NCBI GenBank assembly: GCA_051294375.1 | Contig: JBJCIZ010000744.1 | Coordinates: forward strand, 1,742,037-1,806,036 | DNA from: Paraspadella gotoi | Lineage: Eukaryota; Animalia; Chaetognatha | Length of the DNA stretch: 64,000 bases | Direction of reading: 5' to 3' | Part shown: in pieces, positions 34,001 through 48,550 of the stretch | Position numbering within the stretch: position 1 is the first letter of the stretch | How the letters are laid out: each line of letters starts with the position of its first letter | Position numbers and translations under genes: made by a program | Notes under the pieces: generated by a model | Database searches by the model: none | Told to the model about the DNA's origin: nothing | Seen by the model: only the letters and a program-made list of their open reading frames with translations

Positions 34001-35351
34001 AAATCTGCGTTCGTTTAAATTTTCTTTTTGGTTCCACTTAAATTTTTAGCTGAGGCCGAGTGACTTAATTGGTAATAAAAAAATTGATTTTCTTTGATAT
34101 CTTTTGAACCAAAAATGATAGAACGATGAGACTGGTATCATATTAATGCCATAATTATGGGCATCTTTTCCATATAATTTTTCTCAAATATTTCAACGGA
34201 TTTTTGTAAAATCTGGATCGGAATCTTAGTCAACAGTATAACAACTTTTGAAATTAAATTAAACACACTTGGCTGTATTTAAAAAAATAAATAAATATAG
34301 ATTCTGAAAGAGAAAACATAGAATTATGTTTCTGATATAAACAAAAATTTTCTATTCTTCAAATGTTTATATAATTACTAAGGATAATGAATTATCATTT
34401 TGTTGAAAATAAAAAGATTTAAAAAATTCATGTAGGAACCCTAAAAAACATATGATTTAAATATGAAAATTATGGAGTTCAAACTTTGTTCCGGCTGATT
34501 TAAAAACTACTGACATAGGGCTAAAAGACTATATTATCAGATTTTTAAATTTTTGTCATCTTCAGGTGCAAATTAAAACCTTTGCATAATGCCCATTAGC
34601 TATATTGATATAACAATTTTTACTAAAAAAGCATTACAATCTTTTAATAACACGCTAATGCATGTAGCTGTATGGTAAAATTGTTGTTTTTGATTTTGAT
34701 TATAATACAAGGCTTTTATCAATAAAGGGGTAAATTGCAAAGAAAATGAGTTATTTCGAGGCTCCATATTGATTCTATGATATCAATGAATTTTCTTTGT
34801 TCCGGCAATGAAATGTACCTAAGACATTGTTGTTTCATTAGCTAATCTTTATTTTTATAATTTTAAAGGGCAATGTTTGGCAAAAACAGTAAGAAACAAA
34901 AAATGACACAACAATTTTTGAGAGAAAAAATTGGATTAATTGCTATTATTTCTACTATGACGTCAATTTATTTTTTCGTTATGTGCTTGAAAGTTAGGCT
35001 AAACCCAACAGAATCGGAATCAGTGCATGACCGCTGTAATATTTATTTGACTTATACAGTAAATACGAAAATAAAAAAAAAATTAAAAGAATTCAGAATA
35101 AGCGCCGTGTTTTATTTTCAGTATTTTTTAGTCAAGACCTTTATGGATTTTTTGTTCCGGCGGCGTTGGATAGCCCCAAACACTGCAGTTTCAGAAATCA
35201 TCCATGGTTTTGGAATATTTACTGCGCTACTGGTGCAAAAATTGCTAGGAACCAAAATTATCAAGAAACCGCTTCGTTCTTCGGATTTTTTTTAAAGCGC
35301 GGAGCGACATATCTATAATAAGTTTAAAGTAAATACTCTTCTCAGTACCTG

Positions 35352-35432
35352 GTTAGACTGGCCGAGAGGTCTAAGACCCTGGTTAAAGACACAAGTCTCT
35401 GTGGGATGTAGATTCAAAACCCAACACAGATA
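35352..35432 (+). pseudogene. Degenerate tRNA-Leu-like sequence
   Basis: gttagactggccgagaggtctaagaccctggttaaagacacaagtctctgtgggatgtagattcaaaaccc. It has a type-II tRNA D-arm (TGGCCGAG.GGTCTAAG), an AAG-containing loop and a long variable arm, but a decayed B-box and decayed stems. Confidence 0.55.
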
Positions 35433-37100
35433 TCCCTTTGACTTTGACGCTATTTTCATTTTCGACTTTCACTCACATTTTCGCTCCATCATTCACGTTG
35501 ATATCTTCGTTTTGCATTTGACAAAACTATTCTCCTCGTGTTCACGAATGCAAAAACCTCGTTCTCGCATTCGCCGTCGACTGTGAACTGGCGGATCCAT
35601 TTTCACGTGAGGTTTTCTGTGATGGGAAACTCGTTTTCCAAGGTGACGTTGCGATGGGATAAGGGAAAATAACTGAAAAGAAGAGAAAAGAAAAGAGAGA
35701 GAGAAGGAATATTAAAATTATCTATCTATATGGTAAAAATATGGTAAAACATGTATCATGTAATCTTGTAACTTTCATATATGTTTTTATATCACCAAAT
35801 TGTACTCAATGGCTCAATAGTAGAATAATAATACTTAATGACTCTCTAACGAAAGGTCAAAATAAAAGAAAATAAGAAACAAGAAGAAAAATTTGGACGT
35901 GAATTAATTAGATGAAGAAAAGAAAAGAAAGATCCAATGTGTTGCGCCGCAGTGACTTTCTTTTCACATGTATTTCCCTGTGATTTCATGAGGAAATTTT
36001 ATGTATTTATTTTTTATAGATTTAGAATTTCCTGACGGCGGCGCTGTCTTAACAAATGAACAACCAATTATAGGCGAGTTATGTCTTATGTGCATTTTTA
36101 ACGTAAGTGGGACTGACCCTTTTAACCATAACCACCACTAACCCTAGACTACCCTTAAACCACCCTAACCCTTAACCCTTAACCCCAGTCGGCGAAAGTA
36201 AAATTAACACAAAACGGGGCTTACGGATAAAAACAATAACTGTAATAGAACATTTCGATTTAAACCTCTCGATAGGGATTAGCAGTATTCGACGAAATTT
36301 TTATTTTTCTATCGGCCGAAAAATAATAGGGAATTTGATTTCCAAAAAACAAGGCCTTTTGAAATAGTTACTGTATGGAAAATACTAAAAAGAAAAATTT
36401 TATTTAAATCTAGATACTGTAAGGTTAAGTTTAACTAAAAACCGAAAAAGAAATCTTTCAAATAAGAAAAATATTGGAATAGTACAAAAAGCAATATTTC
36501 TTTTTATTGTAGCGCAAAAACTAGGCTTTCCTCGCAAAACCTCTGGTTACAGGAGATGCAAATGGATTTTCTCTCAACAAATTGATCATTCTTAATGCGC
36601 AAAAATGATGCGCAAAAATGCGCCAGCAGCAGTTCTGGCGATAGTCATTTTATATCATCTTTCCTACTGTATATTAAGGCCTATGAATCATCCATATGTA
36701 TGAAACTTATATAATATTATATATTATGATCTTAAGATTTATTGTGCCCTTTTTCCTGCTTACAACAATTCCTCCTTTGCTAAATATACTTGATATCTAG
36801 AATTATTATAATGGGCAATATATTTATTATAGTCTTTATTTTTAACCATTTTAAAACATAAACCTAAAGAACCATTGTTGATCCACAATTTCTGATACTT
36901 TTAATAAAATTGGTCCACTGGCTTTTACGTGGTGTATTTTGTTTCTTTTTATCTATGATTTGAGATTTATTTTCGGTATTCATTTTTTCTTTGAGTTCAA
37001 AGAATTAAAACCGAAATATAAATCTCTTTAGAATCGGAGATTGTATAAAAATAAAGAGAAAAGAAAAGGGAGGAAAGGGAAAGAGATGAGGGGAATAAAG

Positions 37101-37830
37101 TGGCGCAGATTTACGTCAATTTACGCCATTCTACGCCAAAGCATCTTAACTTCAGTTTTATTTCGAAAATGAAAAAAGTTTTTACGCCACAAAATTAAAT
37201 GTTATTAATATGGTTTTCTGTTCATTTTACGCCATTTAATGCCAAACCTGTATAAAAAAGGCCGGAAAAATTTAAAACAACTCAACTGAGTAGTTTTTAC
37301 TAGAAAATAAACAAAAAGTTTTTAACGCCACAGAATTAATTAATATTTATATGGTTTTTTGTTCAGTTTACGCCATTCTACGCCACATCTGTATAAAAAA
37401 AGGCGGATAAATCTTTAAACCACTTACTCTGAATAGCTTTTACTAGAAAATAATCAGAAAGTCTTTACGGCCACATCATGATATCATATTAAACGGTTTT
37501 ACCTTCATTTCACGCCATTTTACGCCACAATTCTTTTCCAAATTTAAATATAAACATTTACAATTATTTATTTTGATATATTTTAAAATTTTTTTTGGAA
37601 AAATCATTAACGCCACATATGTAATTAGGAAATAATACGTTTTGGCGTAGTTTTTACGCCACCCAGCGCCAACAACACGTAAAAAAAAAAAGAAATCAAA
37701 TCTGAATCCAATACTACAATGTATTCTTAATTAGAAAAAAGCGTTTTTCAAAATTTTGGTTGAATATCCTTGACAGTAGTAAGGAGGCAGAAACGTTACT
37801 CCAAATTGACGTAAATCAGTTGGCGTAAAT
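37101..37830. mobile_element. MITE-like element with 15-bp inverted repeats and internal TACGCCA-rich ~145-bp subrepeats
   Basis: gatttacgtcaattt (37108-37122) and aaattgacgtaaatc (37803-37817) are exact reverse complements. More than ten (T/A)ACGCCA motifs lie between them. Confidence 0.55.
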
Positions 37831-38412
37831 CAAATATTTAAAAGTCAAACTTTGAATTAACGATTAAAGTACACTTCGTTAGGCCTAATATAAGGTTTAA
37901 AACCATCGAATGAAAAATCAGTATTTTTACAATTTTTGTGCAATACCCTACTCTCGATCTTCAAAATTCTTTATTCTTTATTTTTTTTTTCAAACTCAAA
38001 TCTTTTTTTAATTCCGCGCTTGCGCAGATCGACCACGCTCCAGCCGTCGGCTTCGTATTCGCCAATTCCTCGCCTTTCGGTTTTTTCTGTCATAATATTT
38101 ATTTTCTGTTCGAAACCGAAGATGACATGAGAAAGATGGTGGGGGAGGAGAGAGAGAGAGGGAGAGAGAGAGAGAGAGAGAGAGGCCGACAGTCAGTAAA
38201 AATTGTTTCAGCTTTAGTCACTATTCTATTCTATTGTGGCCGACGACGACGTTAACGACGACGATAACGACGACGATGAAGAAATTCTATGACCAAAGTT
38301 TTTTGCCTCTAAAATCAGCCGGTCCGATTCATGAATAATCAATTCCAACCCTTTTCTTACTTCCTCTCTCTCTCTCTCTCTCTATACGTCTCTTTCTCTC
38401 TTTCTCTCTCTC

Positions 38413-38706
38413 TTTTTAGTTGCGCCGCGAGTACTCGTGGAGCAACTCTATAAGTCACTTTTCGGTCGGTCGGTATGTCTGTCCGTCTTACGTTAATAAT
38501 GCTTATAATTTCATTATAGTTGGTTGCTCATTTGTTAAGACAGAAAAAAAAAGACGGAATTTTGATGCAGTGCTTGACAAAAAAACATGGGCTAAGAAAG
38601 TTATTGTAGTCATATATTCATGTCATATCATGTCATGACATGTTACGAGAAATATATGTGATAAGGTAATCACTGCAGCGCAACATATTTGAATTACCGT
38701 TCTTGT
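38413..38706 (+). mobile_element. Helentron/DINE-1-like non-autonomous element (family D)
   Basis: Begins in a T-run with tagttgcgccgc..caactcta.aagtcacttttcggtcggtcgg and a (GTCG/GTCC) microsatellite. Ends cactgcagcgcaaca.atttgaattaccgttcttgtt. Subterminal inverted pair gttgcgc.gc/gcagcgcaac. Confidence 0.7.
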
Positions 38707-38989
38707 TTCTCTTTCTCTCTCTCTCTCTCTCTCTCACCCTCTTCAACCTTTTCAATAACATTTCCTCACCCTTTTTTAAGCTTTCAATTTTTTTTTCACC
38801 CACGAGGGGGGTGGGAGGTGGGGGAGGGAAAAGTTGTTTTTTTTCTTCGCTGATGATTTTTCTTTCCTCAAAATTGGGAACCAGAGCGTGAATCGGTGAG
38901 ACGAGGGGCTCACGAGTCACGCGAGGGAACCGAGTGTGAATGTTTGATTTTGGGAACGAAATGTTGGGAGTTGGTTTATTTTTGATTGG

Positions 38990-39160
38990 ATGATTGTGAA
39001 GGGAGAATGAATTGTTAGTTGTGATATGATGATTGTGAAGGGAGAAAGAAATGTTAGTTGTGATTGGTTGATGATTGTGAAGGGAGAATGATTTTTAGTT
39101 ATGATTGGTTGATGATTGTAAAGGGAGAATGAATTGTTAGTTGTGATTGGTTGATGATTG
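38990..39160. repeat. ~43-bp tandem repeat, 4 copies
   Basis: Unit tgattgtgaagggagaatgaattgttagttgtgattggttga with variants. Confidence 0.8.
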
Positions 39161-42100
39161 GGACGGAATGAAATGAATCGTTGGTTGGTAATGAGACGAT
39201 GGATTGTCATGGAATTTAAGTTTGATTTGTTGAGTTCGTGATGATTGATTGTGATTGTGAATAGAGAAGAAAGATTGTTAGACTATCTATCAACGGCTGA
39301 CGAAAAAAAGGGACGGACTGACGGGAGAGGGACGGACTGACGGGAGAGAGACCGACTGACCCGTGAGAGAAAGAAAGAGAAAAAGAAGGGAATAGTACAG
39401 AGTACAGAGGGAGAGAGAGACATAGAGAGAGAGAGAGCATTTCTGGTCTCCGTACATTAGCCTTCGGTAAACTAATCAGAACCTGCTGCGCGCATTTCAA
39501 CTGCGTGAGAGAGAGGGGGGGAAGTGAGAGAGAGAGAGAGGGAGAGAATTCCGAGTGAGTTTAATTAGTTGTTATGAGCGGAATTTTTTTTTCACGCGTC
39601 GTCAAAAGGGGAGACTGGGTGAGGAGGAGGCGAAGGGAAGGAAAGGATGAAAAAAAAGGAGGATAGGAAAATGAATGGGGTTAAAGGAGGAAGGAAGTCA
39701 AGAAGGAGGGATAGAAGGAAAACAGAGAAGAGATGGGAGGAAAAAAGGAAAGAGATAGGTTGAAAAAATCTCGGAAGAAGTGATTGAAAATAAGAAAATA
39801 AGAAAAAAATTTGAAATTTGATAAAAAAAAAAGAAAGGAAAAAGGGGCCTTACCTTAAGGAGAAAAGGAAAGAATAAAAAATAATGAGAAAAAAAGTGAT
39901 ACCAAAAAAGGAGGGAAAAAAAGGGGAAATTTTGAGAAAAATATGAACAGGAAGATGGCCTTATTTTCCCAGAACGCCTCATTTCATCTTTTAGTGAATA
40001 TATGTTGACGACGACGAAATAGAAGTTGATAGCGATGACATTGACAGCGAAGAGGAATTAACGATAGGGATGACAACGACGACGACCCTCACTGATGACT
40101 TACGGACTCTGGGTGGCACAGTTGAACGACGACGACGACGACGACGACACCCGACAGGTTCTCTTTTTTATTCTAAAAACGGGAGACGACGTCAAATAAT
40201 TTCCGCTGCTCTCAGAGATAAGAGTTAAATTGAAAACAAAACACGAGTCGATGGGATGTGGAGGGGAAAAGGGAAAAGGGGGTGTTGAAGGGGGGTGGTA
40301 AGTTGGGTGGAAAAAGAGTGGAGGGAGCAAAGGGAGAGACGTACACGCGGAGGTGGAAATTAAGCGAAGCGCAGGGCGCCGGGATTTTTCTCTTTTTTTT
40401 TCCCCCCCATTTTGTTTTTCCCGACAAATTTTTTATTTTTTTACTTTCTCTGTCAAAATTATACCACTCAAAACTAAGGTCACGTGATCACAAAGTTAAT
40501 GCGGCATATTTCGGGTAATATCTGTTTGAAATTAAACTTTGCACAGTAGTGATCAACCATAAGACGTTTGTTATCTGTGATCACAGGGAAATACTCGTGA
40601 AAAGAAAGTCTCTACGGCGCAACACATTGGATGGACCGATCTTGTTATATAATATTACACTTTTATTTATTATAACCTAGGAAGCCGCTATAGAAAAAGA
40701 AGCCAGTGACTTTTTTCTTATATTTTTATATCGATAGATGTGGAATGACGGGAATATTGTAAATCTCAAGTTCGCTTTAATCGACCTCACATTGTGGAGA
40801 AATCTTAGGAAACCCATCAAAATTCCACCCCTTTTTTTTCAACATTCTCGCCTTTTAAGATTTTTCGCCGATTCTGACTTCCTCTTACAAACTTATAATT
40901 CCGCTAGTTAATTTTTTTTCTTAAAACGAGCGAAGGGAATCCACAACTTTCTTTTTATTTTATGATTTCTCAGTAAAAAATATAATAAATTACATTAAAT
41001 GGGATATTTATGAAAGTATAATGTCTTGTGAAGCCTGTGAGAGTTAAATAATTAAAAAATTCACCTATTTTATTATTGAAAAAATGACAGTAAAGTGAAG
41101 AAGTTGAATGTCTTCCGGCTCATTTCAGTAAACATCCTGTTCTCTAGCATAAAATAATGTTTAATTTTTGCTGGTGGAAAAGAAAGATAAAATACTTAGG
41201 CCTGTGATGGGGTGAATAATATTTTGCATAATTTTGTAAGAATGCCTTGTAAAATCAGACAAGCAAATATTTAAGTGAAAAAAATTCAACATTTTCTTTA
41301 TCCAAAAAACTTTAAAGTTTTACTAGAGTACAATTTAGCCTTTTTTCTTTCAGAATCATTAAAAAGAATTAAATTTTCATTTATTCTTATGGGTGTCATT
41401 AGTTTAAATTCATTATAATTTGACTTAGTTTGACACTCACCCTGTAAGGAGGTTTCAGCATAAGTAATTCTAAAATTGTATCTTGTATGTGCCCTATGAT
41501 TATGGCTTCATTTTGGTACTATTACCATCCCTTTATCCTTATTCTTCAAAAGATATTAGGAAAATCAGTTTTTTTTCTCAACCTTCCTTTTAATTTCTTT
41601 TTAAATAAAAATTTCGCAATTCAAACCGGACTATTTCATTTAAACCTGATCATTTTATGTCAAAATCATTATAAATGAAAAAAGAAAAATAGGACAAGCT
41701 CTTCAGACCCAAAGCTATCAGAATCGCGAAATTCGAAGTCGCTCATGTAACAGGAACATATAGCAATCCCGTTTGCAATTTTAAGTTTGTAAACTTTCCC
41801 TTTCATTTCTATAGTAAAAATGAGGTTTGAAAATTCTCCGGAGATGAGTAGTGCATTTCCCTGGCTTGTTTGATATTAAATCCTTTATCAAATGCCATAA
41901 AACGAATAGGACAGCTCTTCAGATGTAACGCTCTCGGAATCGTGCGTTTTTACAAGTGTTTTTTAACCGAATTTCTGGCAAACGCGTTTGCAATTTGGGT
42001 AGTCAGATTTGAACGGAATTCTCTATAGAAAAATGTTGAATTTTTTTTTAAGCGAGATTCTCGTCTATATAACCTCTTTGGGTTTGGATCTGTGCATCAT

Positions 42101-43522
42101 TTGATTTTAGTATTAAGCTATACTATATAAATAAATATTTACTTTTACGGATAAAATCAAATTCAACCTTGAAAAATATTATTTTGAAGCAGATATTTTT
42201 CTATAAATCTTTTCTTTTATTCCTCATTCTGATATTTATTATCTTATGACGCTTGAAATAAGCTCATTTGAATCAGAAAAAGCTCATTTCTTTGTATTGA
42301 TATATTATATATTTTGATCTTTAAATACAAATCGGTAAAAGTTACTAAAACTAGAAAAGGTTTCGGCAATATTTTTTTTTCAAGTTGGTATATATCTCTT
42401 GATTTTTTTTTCTCGGAAGTTTTCGAAAAGCCTATCCGCCCATCGGTATTCATATTTATTAATGGTATTATTTTTTTTTTCAGTTTTTTTTTATATCTAA
42501 AGTTTTATTAGAATAATTTTTTTCTCGTGGGGCAGTTTTTTAATTATCCTTTTTGTTTTTGCATTGATGGATGTTTTGATATCCCCGTTGTGATTTCGTG
42601 GGAAATTATTGGTTTCGGCAAAAAAAAAAAAAGAAAAATAATCGTGGGGAAAATATTTTTGAATTTTCTATTTTAATCTATTCTTTTTTTTTCGCTTTGA
42701 TATTAATTGCGATGGGTTAATCTAATTCGAGGTTTAATTCAATTATGAAAATAAGCAATAACAGAAGAAAAAAAATTTTAAAAAAGGGATATGAATCTTG
42801 CGCCGGATCTGCTTTCCGTTCTAATCTACATTTTTGGTTGAAGAACCCGGAAAAAGATGAAGCTTAGAAACTCCGCAGAAAAGATTTGAAAGACGCAGAG
42901 ACGGACGGACGGACAATGTCCGTCGGACATCCTTTGGTCCATCTATTCGTTGCGGTTAGTAAAGACTCGGCTCCGCCATAAATTGGCGAGAAATTTGTAT
43001 TCGGATCTTTCTTGAGCCGAAGTGAGTTTAAAATCACCGAAAGTAAATATTTCTTGCGCTATATCTTCATAGCTGAGTCTTTCTCTCTTTCTGTTTTACT
43101 TTTCTATAACTTACTATCTTGCCTACCTGTCTTATCTATCTATCCTACCTATCCTATCTTTATCCTACCTTTATCCTTCAAGCTTCTTATCCTATTTTTA
43201 CCTTTTTCTAATTTGTCCACGCTGTTCAATGTCTTACTAATAGTCTTTCCTTATCGAGAAAAGATTATTGAAAAAAAACAAAAAAAAAAAAAAAACAAAA
43301 AAAAAAAAAACAACAAACAAACAGATATAGTACAAAAACATCAGTTTCAACAATGACAAACGCTCAAGAAAAACATGTTCGGACAAAGGAAGTAAATACG
43401 AACGGACAGAAAGAGCTGACGAGAGGCGGTGAGAGAGAGAGAGAGATAGAGAAAGAGAGAGAGAGAGAGATCGGAACAATACTGGAACTAATAAGAACGG
43501 ATAAAAAGGAATAACGACCGAG

Positions 43523-43558
<36 letters not shown>

Positions 43559-44316
43559 TGAAATTCAACGTCAATGCCGACTTAGACGCTTAACTCAACG
43601 ACGTCTGACCGACAAAGAAATAAAAATAATGGCGTCGACCAATCGGAAGCTGATAAAAAGACGAAATGACTGGACCAATCAGAGAGAACGAGTCGACCAA
43701 TCGGAAGAAGCGAGATTTAATCGGTTTCGAAGTTTTTGTGAAGGAAAGAAGAAATATGAATAAGTAACTTTTTTAAAAAATTTATCATCTTTCACCCTAT
43801 ATTCGGTCATATCTAAAAAACAAAAAAAGATTTTGCATTGATATTTTGGATATGGACATATGAAACTATAACGTTTCAAAAAATAAAAAGAAATATAATA
43901 ATATTGAACAGTGAATTTTTTTTATGCACGGAACAGTAACGTTACGCCATTTTTCATTGTGTCGTATATTGTATAGTGTATACTGTATACTATATACAGT
44001 GTATAGTGTATAGAGACTCTCGATTAAAAGCTTGCAGGGTCCTGCTTGGTTATGTTTATTGAATGAACAAGGACCATGGAAGGGAAAGAGAGAAGAAGGC
44101 TTTCGTCGAAATTTTAAGTTAATGATTAAGTTGAAAAGATTAAGTTTAGACGAAATAACAATTTTTTTAGTTTTTCACAACGAATTTTTATTTGTATAGT
44201 AGCAGACATGTTTCGAACGTGTATTTCGTTCATCATCAGTGCTGATGATTTAGTCATTCTACCAACGAAAAGAAAGATTTACAAACAAGATTAAGTTTAA
44301 AATAAAACCTTCCTTC

Positions 44317-44415
<99 letters not shown>

Positions 44416-44888
44416 TCCCTCCCGGCCTCCCCCTCCGTGGGTAGGGAATGCGGCGTCACGCTCGGCCGAAAGGGGATTCGATACTGGTCGCCATGGAAAC
44501 GGAAACCGCGTCCGGTCTCGTGGGAGGAAAGGAAAAGGAGGTGGGAAGAAAGGAGAGGGAGAAAGTGAGAGAAAGGAAAGGGAGGTGGGAAGAAAGGAGA
44601 GAGAGGAAGAGAAAGAAAGGAAAGGGAGGTGGGTAGAAAGAAGTGGGAGGAAGAGAGAGAAAGGAAAGGAAGGTGGGAAGAAAGGAAAGGGAGGAAGAGA
44701 AAGAAAGGAAAAGGAGGTGGAAAAAAAGGAGAGGGAGAAAGAGTGAGAAAAGAAAGGGAGGCGGGAAGAAAGGAGAGGGAGGAAGAGAAAAAAAGGAAAG
44801 GGAGGTTGAAAGAAAGGGAGGAAGAGAGAGGGAGAAAGTAGAGGGACTGATATTTGGGGGTCGGATTAAAAAATAAATTTGATCGCGG

Positions 44889-44933
<45 letters not shown>

Positions 44934-44948
44934 TTTCTCTCTGTCTCC

Positions 44949-44993
<45 letters not shown>

Positions 44994-45418
44994 TTGTTTT
45001 CCATTTGACTCTCGATTCTTCCTCCGGGTGGCGTCTTCGGTTTCCAAGCAACGAGAGGCTTTTGTTGTTTCGTCTTCGGTTGCCATGGAGAAGTTTGGCG
45101 AACGTTGTTTAGAAACGGAGACGACGATAAATTGTTTGGATGCAGTTTTAATTCAAAAAGGACCGGAAATAAAACCAAAAACTTAGTTCATATACAAATC
45201 AAGTTGATATAAATTCAAATTTTCCGCATCGCGTTATAAGATTTTTTTTAGGTTTCTTTGTCAGAAACTTAATAATTTTTATATATTTTATACGATTATT
45301 GGTTGAACACAATGTGATATATTTACTAACATCAGAGATTTCAAAAGTTAAAGATTCCATTCATCGCGGATTTAAAAAAAAAAGTTTTTTATTCGAGCTT
45401 CACATTTTAGGTTTTTTT

Positions 45419-45462
<44 letters not shown>

Positions 45463-47336
45463 TTACGTCTCCCCTCAAACCTGCCTTCGCGTTAAATGAA
45501 GGAGAATGAGAAGGGGGGGGCTTCGCCTGTCTGACAGCCTGGTTGTCGTCGTCGTCTTCATCGTCGTCGTTTTGTCTTGGATTCGCCGTGAAAAAAAAAA
45601 GTGGGTGCTGATTTTTAATTCTTGCCACGCCTCCTTTTCTCTCGGTTCAAAATAACATCTGTTGCTCGAGGGGATGAGGAAGACGAACGACGACGACGAC
45701 GACATGAGAGAAGAAGAAGAACACAGTTCTGCCTTCCGTGGATCCCCAAACAACCTGAAGGGGAAACACACGTAAAAAAAACAAAACAAGAAGGGATATT
45801 CCAATTTGTGTTGCGCATCAGTGACTTTCCTATCACATGTATTTCCGTGTTTGCATCGCATCGAACTGAATCGAAAAACGTCTTTTATTCTTCATATTCT
45901 CTAAAAACGAAATTTGTCTGTATTGTTTTATCTTTTTGTATATAATAAGCCATAAAAAAAATAAATAATAATAATAATAACAATAATAATAATAATAATA
46001 ATAAAAATAATAATAAGTCATATTAAGTCGATTTCTTTTCCCTCGTCGCGAGTCATCTAGCGATTCACTGTAAGTCTATCATTTCTCTCGCCGCCCGTAA
46101 CTTTCCTTCATCCATTCACTCAAATCCAGTAGCCACTTTCCGTCCACCTCCATCGGCGGTTCTTACCACTTCCCTATCCCCTCCTACGCCCTACCCTACC
46201 CCCTCGCCACTACACCCCGCAACTCGTCGTCAACATAAAAAAATTATCGAGAAAATTCGATAAAATTATGTTTCAAAATCTTTCAGCCGAGAATTTGTTT
46301 ATCGAAAGAAAAAAAAATGAGCGGAAGCGAGAGAGAGTGGCGTTGATGATTGGCGTTGATGGTTGGCGTTGATTGGCGTTGATAATTGGCGTAACATGGA
46401 AGTGATGTTTGGCGTTAGTTGGCGGCGATGGTTGGCGTAAGGTTGAGGTGATGGTTGGCGTTGGTACTTGGCGTTGTCATGTCGAATTGAACGGCGTTTT
46501 TTTTTGTGGGTGGCGTTGGCGGGTGGCGTTTATGGGTGGCAATGAAATTGACGTTGGTTACAGTTCGTGAGCGGCATTAGCGTCTGGCGTAGTTGGCAGA
46601 TGGCGTTAAAGTCTTAGCCCAGTTTTAGAAAGCGTGGTTCAAGACTCAATATGGCGAGAGGATCTTAAGTTAAGGTCAACACGTGTTAACGCAACGCAAA
46701 CTGTAGTTGTTCTTTTTTTTTTTTAAATCAACAATCTTTAATGCCAACGAGTTTTTGCGTCAAAAAAGAAGACGACGTCATATTGAAAAGAAAGAAAATT
46801 TTCATTCTAAATTTAATTCAAATAATTTTGGATCCTTTGAAGTCGAATCCTAAGAAAAACCGAAATATCCTCTTCTTCTTCCTCCTCCTCTTCCTCCTTT
46901 ACTTTTCTTTGTTCGGTTTTCATTGGTTAGTCGGTCGAGGGGTCGATCGTTTGATCGGTATGTCTGTCTGTTGGGTCAGTGTAACGTGATTGCTTATTGG
47001 TAATCAAATAACCAGAAATACTGTGTCATTTTAATTAATACTTGGCAGACTGTGCGGATTTAAGTTAATGCTTATTGTGCATGTATTTAATACTTGTGTA
47101 GTCGCTACATATTTTGTTTAACATTTTAACATTTCAAACCTAAGCAACTACCAGCGCAACAATTTGTTTAAAAGTTAAAATCTCGCACCCTTTTCTGTCA
47201 TAATCACAACCATTTTCACAAACGCATTTTCACTTTTATTCTGACCTAAAGTGAAAAAAGGAGGAGGAGGAGGAAGGGGGGGGGGTAAAACTTTTGTTCA
47301 TTTATGAGATTCGTCTTTATGGCATTTTTTCTGCTT

Positions 47337-47377
<41 letters not shown>

Positions 47378-48093
47378 TCATTCTTATTCCATTCCTCGCC
47401 TTTGAAACGACAATAGCACCAACAGTAGAAGTCGTGTTTCCATTAATGAACGTAGTTATCGTCACTTTCTGTCGTCGTTGTCGTCGTCGTTGTCGTCGTC
47501 GTTGTTGTCGTCGTTGTTGTCGTCGTGCCTTTATCCCCACTGTCGCCTTGAGCATCATTTCAAATTTACCAGTTATGAAAATTGAAAAATTATTTCAATT
47601 TTTTTTTTTAGATTTTTAATATTATTAATATATATGATTTTTTCATTTTTTTTAAAATCATATGTCTTTGTATTATTTTTTTATTAGATTATTATCTAGG
47701 AAAATATAAAAAGAAACGAGCAAGAAATAAAAAAAAAGAAAGATAAAGAGATGAAGGAGGAAAGAAAACTTGGTATAAAGTCATGATGCAGGTTTAAATA
47801 AGCCAGTTTTAAATAAAAAGAATTATTATTGCAAGTAGTATTTTTTTTTCTAAAAAAAATCGTGAATTTTGTACCAAAATTAATTTTATTTCAAATGTTA
47901 ATTCGTAGCAAAGTTTCCGAAGCAGAAACAGTTTTTTTTTTCAACTTTTGTGCATTTTAAATTTAAAACACTTCATCATTCGAAAATTAAATGCTTAAAA
48001 TAAACAAAATATGTAAAAGAAACAAAAAAAAACTGCTTACAATTACCAAGATTATACAATATACAATTTAAACATGCATCTGTCAATGTCTGT

Positions 48094-48136
<43 letters not shown>

Positions 48137-48399
48137 TCCCACCCCCAAGTTTCCTCCACCCACTCATCGCTTCCTACCCACTTGCCGCATTTCTTACAAG
48201 CTCCGTCAAGCAATCCAACCGAATCCTTTCAATCTTTCGACCAATCACGACTTCCTCTCACAATCATTCCCTATTTCCTTCCACCCTTATTTCGGCCTTA
48301 TCTTTGCAAAGCGCCCCATTTCATTCTAAATTCAAAACGGGTTTAAGGCTAGGGTGTAAGGTTATAAATTTTATAATACATTTGAGTTAAATAATTGAG

Positions 48400-48550
48400 T
48401 CTTGATTGAAAGCTTGCAGGGACCTGCTATGTCATTATCTTGTAAGAGTGATGGAGGCCTTAAACCACCAAAGCCTGTCCAAAGTCAGGGGCAAGATTGC
48501 TTATTTTTTAAATGAATGGATTATTTTTATATTGGTTGTACCAATTTCAT
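48400..48550 (+). repeat. ~150-bp interspersed repeat (family C); further copies near 5160-5290, 7140-7300(-), 23240-23310, 23700-23830, 25640-25690(-), 25870-26190 and 44020-44065
   Basis: Shared consensus ttgattgaaagcttgcaggg.cctgctatg...gtgatggaggccttaa.ccaccaaagcctg.ccaaagtcaggggcaagat.gc..attt.tt.aatgaatgg...attggttgtaccaatttcat. Confidence 0.8.

Noticed and set aside
36120-36200. TAACCC-like runs here and at 150-210 as interstitial telomere
   Set aside because: Irregular units, and both share a flanking cgact/agtcg-containing sequence, so they are parts of a dispersed repeat.
44259-45186. Long overlapping ORFs (275, 240 aa and others)
   Set aside because: Products of purine/pyrimidine simple repeats that lack stop codons.
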